DNA of 64,000 nucleotides from Lingula anatina (lineage: Eukaryota; Animalia; Brachiopoda): positions 7,254,001 through 7,318,000 of the forward strand of contig CM120646.1 in assembly GCA_051362555.1 (NCBI GenBank), in the 5' to 3' direction. Shown here piece after piece: positions 26,801-37,400 of the stretch. The translations under genes and the position numbers were made by a program. Each line of letters starts with the position of its first letter. Positions within the stretch are counted from its first letter, which is position 1. The notes below the pieces were generated by a model. The model ran no database searches. It saw nothing but the letters and a program-made list of their open reading frames with translations, and was not told the DNA's origin.

Positions 26801-27691
26801 TGTCCTATGGCTTTTTCTCGTATTTAAAAAAAAACATCCGTATATTTTAGTATGAATCTGGCTTCATTTGAAATTGTTTGGTATACTTTTATTGACGACT
26901 AACGACTCGATCTAAGCTATGGCCGCTTTCGTTATAAAGAATAGTGTGTCAGACATAATTTGAATAATTTACCTCGATAGAATGTGACGTGCCCAAAAGG
27001 ACAAAAATGTGTTCAAGAAAAGGGTATGTGCGACTACTCGGGCAACTGTCCTCCAACACCACCAGAATGCGTTCCCAGTAGGTGTTCTTAGTTTTGCTTT
27101 ATTTCTCATTACATGTAGTTCTTCGGATGTTATTTGTTGATTATTATAGAAAATAGAATGTAAAAATATACGATAGTAATTCAACTAATGAAGTAAATAA
27201 GTTGTATATAAACAGTAGTGACAAAATAATTTGTTGATTTTTGGTTCATTTCATATTCTATCTCAGCAGCTAGTATTCAAATTGCCACTCATCGGTGATA
27301 TGACTATCTTCAAAATGCACTTGACTCTCTTCTTGCTAATTTGACTGAAGTCGGTATGTTCGGGTTTGGCTCCCGATTACAAACATCTTATCACTTATAT
27401 CCCTTTGAAATGACCCTACTGATGTATCATAAAGATATTATATGTTATATTTGCTAAGAAAACCCCACGTTTGACAGATATGGCTCTAATAACAGTACTT
27501 TATTTCAAGTCCCGAAAGAGAAACCCTGCAAGCGTCCTAACGGTGGAGGTGACGACGCCCTTCAAATGAACGGGAAGGACGTGTGCTGTGGCCTGTGCGC
27601 ACACAGACAAGAGTGTCCTCCGACCCATTACTGCGCCCTTCACATGACTGAAAATTACGCCGTGTGTTGCCCAAAGTACTACTATTGGTAA
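14586..27691 (+). CDS. Secreted cysteine-rich repeat protein (~672 aa, 25 exons): signal peptide, 22 FOLN-like/Cys-rich modules, C-terminal Lustrin-type domain
   Basis: All exons are AG/GT bounded and join in frame: 14586-14642 (MRILGLCCALLLFAMAAAK), 14760-14777 (PYSLGC), 15567-15668, 16006-16104, 17244-17318, 17883-17957, 18168-18242, 18608-18682, 18999-19076, 19718-19792, 20659-20730, 21055-21132, 21771-21845, 22358-22429, 22651-22713, 23177-23254, 23587-23688, 24155-24244, 24582-24656, 24885-24968, 25668-25742, 26160-26228, 26506-26583, 26981-27077, 27510-27691. A typical exon is VILCPEGAMCVEDEQGAGECVPTCQ. The last exon reads ...DVCCGLCAHRQECPPTHYCALHMTENYAVCCPKYYYW*. AATAAA occurs at 27834 and 28071. 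Confidence 0.9.
16392..17060 (+). mobile_element. Internally deleted Tc1-like transposon relic in intron 4
   Basis: ORF 16615-17034 joins the paired-like HTH (RERAIGML...FRDTGSTRNRP...PRVTTP) directly to the C-terminus (IEHLLDVL...LQKEWDNIPQATIDNLV), so the DDE core is missing. Confidence 0.85.
19879..20150. mobile_element. Palindromic MITE
   Basis: caggctttataaacggcttaggcgtt...agatcttttagcactaacacccatattaac is mirrored by gttaatatgggtgttagtgctaaaagatct...aacgcctaatccggtgataagacctg. Confidence 0.8.
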
Positions 27692-28169
27692 CGCTTCCTT
27701 TCAGTCGGTTAAGATATCTTGTGTCAATTTGTCAAGGTGCCTGGCTAACAAGCACAGTGACCATATATTTAAATATATTGTGCTTACAACTTAGCTATGG
27801 TCATTTTAAGTGAGTCTAGCAATCTATTTGCAGAATAAATTTGCATGCACTTGATTATTGAAGTCCATTGCATTTTTACTCTGATTTTATGGACATTTGA
27901 TGCCTTCTAATTTCTGTTATAAGTTTGTTTTGTGGGGGTTATGGTTGAATGTGAATAGGATTGCAAATTTAAAGACGAGCATTGTTATACCGGAAACGTA
28001 TTTGGTTATATGCCAGTAAATCACTTCTTGTGTACTTCGACAAGACGTAGTGTATTGTATTGCATAAAAGAATAAAGCATGTTTCAAAAGTTGCCCCTTT
28101 GTGCGATACTATGCTACTTCAGAGATGAATTAAACATTAACTTGAGTATTTTAGTCTGGTAAAAAGCAT

Positions 28170-28460
28170 TAATAGGCCCCTATACATTGAATACAAAGGA
28201 AAAGGATTTGTTGCAGAAACACAATGTTCTGAAGATGGAACAACCATCTTTGAGCCCTGATATTCTTCATATTGAGTACCTGTGGCATAAATTGGAGTGT
28301 GCAGAGGAGAACTAATCCCAAATAATCTAAACCAACACCTCCAAGCTCTTTCAGAAGAATGAGACAATATCCCATCAAACTTAATTGTTACCCTTGTTAA
28401 AGGTTGTTGCGCCGCCCACAGGAGATCATTGCAGTCATGGTAGACAAACAAGCTATTAGA
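28170..28460 (+). mobile_element. Degenerate Tc1 transposase C-terminal fragment
   Basis: Translates as SPDILHIEYLWHKL...ALSEE*DNIPSNLIVTLV, matching the Tc1 SPDLNPIExxW and EWxxIP motifs. Confidence 0.6.
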
Positions 28461-28797
28461 CGCGTGACCTTTAACAAGCACATCCTAATGCTAATTGTGT
28501 GTAAATTTGGTCATATTTGGTTGTTTCTTTTCAATTTAATAGAATTTTTTCTCAGTGGAAATTACGATGAAACACCGGATTTGAGGTGATGCAAACTCTA
28601 AATTTGAATTAATGTAATAAAAAATTGACATTGTCACCGTTATTTTGCATTTTTTTTTTTTTTTTTTTTTTGCATCATTTATCATCTACGATATGGAATC
28701 TAGAACAAAAAGCAATGTTTATAACAATTTACGCCCGTCAGGTGATCATTTATAAATAAAAGTACGTGGAATTGGGGGTGGGACAACCTTTTTGACC

Positions 28798-28799
<2 letters not shown>

Positions 28800-28856
<57 letters not shown>
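28800..28856. repeat. (TA)n microsatellite
   Basis: Read directly. Another lies at ~44779-44841. Confidence 0.95.
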
Positions 28857-28863
<7 letters not shown>

Positions 28864-30314
28864 GTTTTGTAATACGCTGAAATTCTAAAAGAAATATCCA
28901 TGCTGAGTTTAAAGCTGGTGTTTGACGCCTGTTTTTTACTTTTCTTCAACCTATGACCTAAACTTTTCTCAAGCATATTTCGAGTACTTGGTGCTTGCAT
29001 TGTGCATTTTGTGCCCCGGTCCTTTTAAGTTTATAATATTATGTAACTGACACAAATGCATATTTCTGCGATTGGCATTCAACATAACGCAAAAGCATAG
29101 ACTTCCAAACACAAAACTTATAAAAGACAAATGGGCAAATAACTATTGAGAGGTGGCCAACTACTGCTTAACTTCAAGTTCAAAGTTAACAACATACGTA
29201 CCCTGTGCGAATCGTAAACACTCCCTGTGTCCAAAATTACAGTGATGTACATATAAAACATATTGTCGAAACTGTGTGCACTCATTCCAATCTCATTTTA
29301 GATTTATACATTTTCACATATTTTAAACTTGTTAGAAAACGAAAGGGGGTTTGAATTTGAGTGTGATGTTACAGTTAGTTATATTCTATATTCACTAATG
29401 CAGGTGACGGCCGGAGTAGGGGGGGGGGGTCGGTCATAACGGCAGAAATTAAGTTAAACACTCCCTTTTCGCCTTTATAAATCTGAGTGCCCCTTCCCAC
29501 GTACGCACACACTCTGAAATTTGCTTTCTATATGCGTGATATTGAAATTTATTGCCCGTGAAAGTTTTATCACCGAATTCTAAAATACACCTGTATGTTG
29601 TTTGCCATTTTAACATACCTAATAAATCATCACTGAACTTCACCCAGGCTAATAAATGTACATACAGAGTAATCACTTGAACTCGTTATTCATGGAATGT
29701 TTACAAACCATTCCCCTTATTGAATCTACATATGTTCCGACTCTTCATGAAGACATAAATTAAAAACCACAAGCAGGTTAATGTGTGATTGTGTGCTGTC
29801 CACAAAATATTTGGAATATCACTTCTTATGCAGTCACTTACTGTGGTATACGGCATAGTTTGGATTCCATGAAAAAATTGAAATCGGGCAAGGTCAGGGA
29901 ATACTGATATATTTTAGATGCCATAAAGATCATATCAAAAAGAACACTCTTGAAAATCGAAAAAGGATTAGTCCCTATTTTAAAAGTGTAGTGATTAGAC
30001 AAGAAGTGTATAAAATATTGTTTAAAAATCTTTTTTTTTTCTTTTCTTTTTTTTAAACAAGGGAATGTTTGCTTTTTTGAGATTGCAAATATTTTGTTAA
30101 GTCTGTTTGAAGGTCATAAGAATAAACAATATATAATATATACAGTGAAAAATTATTTATAGGGGTCGGAGTCTACTTCTATAGATGACAATTTACTTTT
30201 TGTAGAAATTAAGTCTCATGACAAACCAGTATAATGCAAAACCTGTCTGTATTAGTCATACAACACGCATACAGGTTTCCCTGTCCCTGTCCTTGTCTTC
30301 ATAGAAGAACAGTG

Positions 30315-30380
30315 TCAAGGTCACATTCAGCACTTCTCGACCAATAAGATCGTACACATTCTCTCAGTGACGTAATAAAG
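30315..30380 (+). promoter_or_regulatory. Proximal promoter motifs shared by paralogs A, B and C
   Basis: YCAAGGTCA (30315), CCAAT (30341) and TGACGTA (30368) occur in the same order at ~43588-43650 and ~52727-52795. Confidence 0.4.
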
Positions 30381-30448
30381 GAAAGATCCAGACGATTTGA
30401 TCACACAGGCTCCATACAGAAGAAGAACAATTGGCAGCGAGGATCAAA

Positions 30449-30707
30449 ATGATGACAACGTTGATACCATGCTTTGTATTGCTGAATATCAATTTGGCTT
30501 ATGGACTGGTAAGTTGTTAAAGACGGATCATGTGTGACCGCTGACAAAAAGCCCTTGTAATGTTGGTCGTTGTAATACCATATGTATTTGTTCTGCAGTG
30601 TACAAGATGACGATATATGAAACCATATTTTTGATAAGACACTATATATCCTTTTTATTTGTAACGGAACTACACGTATGAACTACTTTTTTATCTCTCT
30701 CTCTCTA

Positions 30708-30755
<48 letters not shown>

Positions 30756-33700
30756 TTGTCTATGTGTACCAACCGAGGACATCAGCACAACACCATACAA
30801 CCGAGGACATCTTATTCCTTGGTTAAATCAAAATAAAAACATTCAATTTAGGGTAAAATCTATTCGAGTATGAATGTTATAAATTAATTTTTTATAAAAA
30901 CTAATTTTTTGCTGACAAGAATTTTACATTCTAACCGAGGACACACACGGACACACACACGGACAGACACTACACATTACAACCGAGGACATGCATGCAT
31001 CTACATGTAATAATGATTGTACTTTTAATGCAAAGCAAATTTTATATAGCGTTTCTTTGCAGCAATTCACATTTTTATGAAATTCTTTCATATTTAAGGT
31101 AAATTCCAAAATAACACCAGAGGTGATGATTAAATGAACAGTTATACAATATTTAATGCTGGGCTTTGCCACTTTTTTAGAATTGAAGATTATGAGATAA
31201 AACATCAATTAATTTAGGAAAAGAAAGGATACTGATGAAATAAAATAAAAGACCAAAGAAATTCGTTTTCAAACATTTTATTTTCATAATGCTTATTTTC
31301 TATTTAGCACTCTTTTATTATCATGAATTTTGTATTTTGATAACACAAAGTGTCGTCCATTGGATACAGACTTGAACAGTACACAATTTTACAATTGAGG
31401 ACATCATGCCAGCAGCACCCAAAATTGTGCTTTCTTCCAATTTGATGCAATATTATATAATGCTTAACAGCATAATGATCATCAATTTTTTATAATAAAA
31501 TATTAGTATCATGAATATTCAGAAAATGTGACTAGCAAAGGTTTTCAGGTTCATGGAACTCCAAAGTCATACTTTGAAAATGCTAAATGTATACAAGAGA
31601 GCACTGTACTGAAATGGGTTTCTTTCCATTTTTAACTTTTTTACATAAAATAATACAGTTTACTGCCATTTCACATGATCAACTAAGAAAATTGTTGAGA
31701 TGGCAAAAATATCAATATAACAAGTTTAAATGTCCAATTTCCTCCATTCCGAACATTGTGAATGATTGAATCTGACAAACTACAATGATACGAGTTCATT
31801 TCCATTTTGGCACTTTTTTTACACAATACAAGATAACAGGTTTACCACCATTTTTATATAATCAACTAGCAATATTGTCAAGACGCAGAAATTGTCAAAC
31901 AACCCATTTTACATATCTAGTAAATTCAATAATGAGACTGTTTACATGCCTGACAATCAAATCTGAGGAAAACCACTTATATACAAATAAAAGCTGAAGT
32001 CCCTCAAAACTCAACCAATCAATCTTATTTTTAAATTTGATTTGTAAATAGATAACATTGATCACTCTTGTGAGTTTAATGACAACAGGCCTATCGGTTC
32101 TCCCTGAAATGTGCTTACAGTGTTACTAATATGCTTTTACTAATAATCATCAGTTCTGTGAGTTTCATGAAAACAGGCTTTAAGTTATTGGTTCTCCCTG
32201 AAATGTGCTTACAGTGTTACATATATGCTGAAAAAAAAAAAAAAAAAAAAAAAAAACATTTGAAAGAAAAGGGCCTGGTCTTGCTGATTTTCAATCTTGA
32301 CCATTCTTTTACTAATAATCATCAGTTCTGTGAGTTTCATGAAAACAGGCTTATTGGTTCTCCTTGAAATATGTTAACAGTGTTGCATGTACACTGAAAA
32401 AAGGAGAAAAAATGCAAAACTTTTGAAAATAATCACCCCATTTCCTCCATTTTGAGACACTGTATTACACAGTACATGATAACATGTTTACCGTCATATT
32501 TATATAATCAACTAGCAATGTTGTAAAGATGCAGACAATTTCAGAGAAACACTAACATATTTACATATCTAGTTAATTCAATAACGAAACTGTCAACATG
32601 CCTGACAATCAAATCTGAGGAAAACCACTTATATACAAATAAAAGCTGAAGTCCCTCAGAACTCAACCAATCTATCTTATTTTTAAATTTGATTTGTATA
32701 TAGATAACATTGATCACTCTTGTGAGTTTAATGACAACAGGCCTATCGGTTCTCCCTGAAATGTGCTTACAGTGTTACTTATATGCTGAAAAAAAACAGC
32801 ATAAAATTTGAAAGAAAAGGGCCTGGTCATGCTGATTTTCAATCTTGACCATTCTTTTACTCATAATAATCAGTTCTTTGAGTTTCATGAAAACAGGCTT
32901 TAAGTTATTGGTTCTCCCTGAAATGTGCTTACAGTGTTACATATATGCTGAAAAAAAAACAGCATAACATTTGAAAGAAAAGGGCCTGGTCATGCTGATT
33001 TTCAATCTTGATCATTCTTTTTAATTTACTAATAATCATCAGTTCTCCGAGTTTCATGAAAACAGGCCTATTGGTTCTCCTTGAAGTGTGTTTACAGTGT
33101 TGCATGTACACTGAAAAAAGGAGAAAAAAAATGCAAAATTTTTGAAAATAATCACCCCATTTCCTCCATTTTGAGACACTGTATTACACAGTACATGATA
33201 ACATGTTTACCGTCATATTTATTTAATCAACTAGCAATGTTGTAAAGATGCAGAAAATTTCAGACAAACACTAACATATTTACATATCTAGTTAGTTCAA
33301 TAACGAAACTGTCAACATGCCTGACAATCAAATCTGAGGAAAACCACTTATATACAAATAAAAGCTGAAGTCCCTCAAAACTCAACCAATCAATCTTATT
33401 TTTAAACTTGATTTGTATATAGATAACATTGATTACTCCTGTGAGTTTCATGAAAACAGGCTTATTGGTTCTCCCTGAAATATGCTTACAGTGTTACTTA
33501 TATGCTGAAAAAAAAAAAAAAAAACAGCATAACATTAGAAAGAAAAGGGCCTGGTCATGCTGATTTTCAATCTTGACCATTCTTTTACTTATAATCATCA
33601 GTTCTGTGAGTTTTATGAAAAGCCTACTCTGAAGTACCGAATAAAAGTACTGATGGAATAAAAGTACTGGGTGGAAAAAATCTCAAAATTTAATAAAAGT

Positions 33701-34384
33701 ACTGATGGAATAAAAGTACTGGGTGGAAAAAATCTAGAAATTTAATAAAAGTACTGGATGGAATAAAAGTACTGGGTGGAAAAAACCTTTACACCGCTCC
33801 CCCCCCCCAAAAAAAAAAAAAAATGAAATAAATAAATAAAAAGTAAAGAAGAAGAAGAGAAAGAAACAAGGCAGCAAAGCTGTCAAATGTACAGACAAAA
33901 ACCAGAAAATAAAAACGCAGGAAATAGGATACTGTCAATTCTGATGAACTTATGTATTATGCTAACTGTAAATGCATAGCCAAAATCAAATTCTTATTCT
34001 GCATAACATTGGATTAGGATGAAAGTAAAATGTGTATCAAGCATTAGACTAAGTTCCCATACCTAGATCAATCTAACAGGATCAATCCAACTCCAAGGGG
34101 TTTCTCACTAAATTGCTTTCAGTTTGAGAGTCTTAGGATTCTGGCATGCCAGTTTCAGTAGGCGTGACGGACAACTAAGCCACTTACATTGATTGCAATT
34201 TAGCGAGAATTCCCATGGAGATAGATCGATCCACAGTTAGCGTGATAGGGTCTGGAAATAGTCCCTAAGGTGTCAGGCTGATAAGAGTTAAACTTTGGAA
34301 ATGCCAGAATGAGGTACAGTGAAAATTAAACACAAAAAAAAAATTGCTTAAACTCATAAAAAAAAAAATATATATATATATATA

Positions 34385-34421
<37 letters not shown>

Positions 34422-37400
34422 TTTTTTTTTTTTTTTGCTGTATGTCAATCCTAAGAATCATTCTTGTAACTTAACAAAATACAGAAAATGTTACAAAGTA
34501 AGAGTACAGGGCTCCTGGCAGATGGGAGTGATAAGTCACGACTTGAAAATGCCAGTATAGCACTCTATAAACCTGCATTGCCTCCAAAACAGAAAACAAT
34601 CACACTGGTTTTCAAACACAAGCTGCACTTCTGTCTTATGAAACTTTTCAGTAAGTTTCAGTATCGTAAGTAACATGGTTTTCCCTTAACCGCTATCCTG
34701 GCAGCAGTGTCCAAAAAAGGGTTTTCTTCAACTTTCATGCAATAAACCATAATACTTAACAGCATAATGACCATCAAATTTTTTATAAAAAAATAAAATT
34801 ATCATGAATATTCAGAAAATGTGATTTGGGAAGGTCTTCAAGGCCATGGAAGTTCAGAGTCACACTTTCAAAATGCCAAAATGTAAACAAGAGATAACTG
34901 TACTGAAATGATTTTCTTTCCATTTTCAACACCTTTTTTAAAACAAAATGATCAATAAACTGTCATTTTTAAATGTTCAACTAGGAAAATTGTTGACATA
35001 GGAAAACTATCAATAGAACAATTTTCAATGTCCAATTTGCTCCATTTGCAGATGCTGAACATAGTGAATGATTAAATCTGACAAACTGCAATGATGAGTT
35101 CCTTTCCATTTATGATACTTTATTACACAATGCACAATATTATAACAGGTTTACCGTCATTTTTATATAATCAACAATATTGTTAAGAAGCAGAAAATGT
35201 CAAAACAACACTTTTACATATCTTATTAGTTCCATAATGAGACTGTTAACATGTCTAAGAATTAAATCTGAAGAAATAACAATTATATACAAAAATACAG
35301 AAAATGCACAGCACTTCTGGTGGATGGGAGTAAAAAATCACATCTTGAAGATGCTAGTGTTTGAAAAATTAATTAAAAAAAAAATTAAAAAAAAAAACGT
35401 AAAAAATTCCAATAAAGCTGCTATTCAAACTTTTAATCTAGCTGTATTAACTTGATATTAATAACCCCACCAAGTTTGAGAAAAATAAAGCACTGTTATT
35501 CATCTATAGCATGTTGGCATAACACATTCTTTTTGTTGTAAATTTATTTGCAATGTTTAACACCATTTATCTGCACAATTATCACCAAATCCTAATTTTG
35601 TGACACAGTTAAGAGAGCTAAACCTATGGGACTTTACAGGGAAATCTCAAGGAGTGTTTTATGTAATCTCATTTAATGGCCAATTGAAAATTAATGAGTA
35701 GGCAAGTGACTTTATAGACCTTAATTTAATTAGTGATCACCCAAGGGACAATTTTATAGACTGCCATCCATACAGTACCATCATATAGCACAAAGGTGTT
35801 GCATACATGCTGAAAAAAGTGAAAAACAGCATTACTTCCCTAAAAATGACCCAATCACGCTGATTTTCAAAATTGACCTGCGTATTATGAATATTCATCA
35901 GTTCTGTAAGTTTGAAACCAAAAGGTAAAATGGTTTTCCACTTATCGTGTTATCGGTGCTGCATATATGCTGAAAAAAGTGAAAAAACAGCATAAATTCT
36001 CTATAAGTGACCCGATCATGCTGATTTTCGAACTTGACCTGCGTATTACGAATATTCATCAGTTCTGTAAGTTTCAAGCCAAAAGAAAAAACAGTTTTCC
36101 ACTTATCGTGTTATCGGTAAAAGTGCACGGCGACGGCGACGACGGCGACAGCGACGGCGACGACAGACGCAGATGACGGCTATATGTACAGACACATCTG
36201 TGTCTGTACATAAAAAGCTAGCTATTGATCATTGTAGAAAAAAAAAAAATTCACCAGGTAAAATTCACTCAGTATTAAAATTTATCTTAAAAACGGGATG
36301 AGTTAAATTTCATAATTGTCAGGGGCCGAAGACCCAGATATATCGCACCTAAGCCGCCTCCGAGAGCCATACGGTTCATTCAGTAAATTTATTCTCAGAT
36401 ATAAGGTTCGTTTTGCATACCTGTAAACTCCTAAGGGTTTATCTTACATAGAAATGTGATTTAACATCGTTTAAATCATAAATCGGCATGAAATAATTGA
36501 CGTTTGAAAACAGACACAACTTCTTTGCTGCACTTGAAATGACCTCCTTAGCTATAAATATGATCCTATCACCTTGCGACATTGCATCATTCGATCGATA
36601 TACATGAGTAGTTGTCACTGCTGAAGGGAAAGCACGTCTATTTATAGAAACTGAAATCAGGTGACGCATGTACTGTTGTGTTCAGAGAGCGACTTCCGCT
36701 TGACCTACTTTCCAGTGCTGTTTGTGGAACAGTACAGTAATGAGTTGAGATCTCGATTTTCTTCTCATTATACTTCAATTTAAGAAAATAAAAAGCGTGA
36801 CTTGTACTTGTGTAATTTCCCACCGGTACAATAGGTATTTAATAAACATACCGGGTGGAAGATTTTTGAAAAATTAATAAGCGTAGGCTACTGGGTGAAA
36901 ATGGAGCGTACCGGCGGGAAGAAATTTGGAAAATTAATTAACGTACCGGTACGTTTATTTGATACTTCAGAGTAGGAGAGCTTAATTTGATAAAAAAAGA
37001 CCTTTAGTTTAAAAATATGAACTTACTGAATATATAGACATCTGAGATATAACATTAGTTTCAGTTTAGTCTGCCCTTTACAGCACAACCGAGGACGCGG
37101 AATTTGGTCCGCCCTTTACAGCACAACCGAGGACGCGTGTGTATAGCCCGATTTCAGACAAAAAGTTGGACAGTATTTCTAATACACTCGTGGCGGGAAT
37201 TTGGCCCGCGCTATACAGCATAACCGAGGACTGGCTCAGAATAGCGTCAAATTTCACCACCTAACTTGAAATGGGCCCCTTTATGCATTCCACTGCTTAT
37301 GTCAACCGAGGACGTCCTCGGTTGGAGGTGTGTCCTCGGTTAGTGGGTTTCGGGCGGGTGTGTGTCCTCGGTTAGAATGCGTGCACAAGAGCACACACAC

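Larger units (their letters stand above)
33627..36972. mobile_element. TA-flanked non-autonomous Tc1/mariner/pogo-type element with subterminal repeats
   Basis: TA|ctctgaagtaccgaataaaagtac ... gtacgtttatttgatacttcagag|TA, with internal repeats of aataaaagtactgggtggaaaaa. Confidence 0.75.
30753..37390. mobile_element. Non-autonomous element with repeated subterminal AACCGAGGAC motifs, inserted in a (CT)/(CA) microsatellite, carrying nested insertions
   Basis: Both ends read cttgt-N11-aaccgaggac in inverted orientation and are flanked by (CA)n. The block is absent at the homologous intron site in paralogs B (~43982) and C (~53140). Assignment to CMC/EnSpm-like elements is inference. Confidence 0.7.

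Noticed and set aside
27686-27694. Possible donor TG|GTAACG extending the 25-exon gene into paralog A
   Set aside because: The homologous exon is terminal in A, B and C, AATAAA signals follow, and A has its own promoter and signal peptide.
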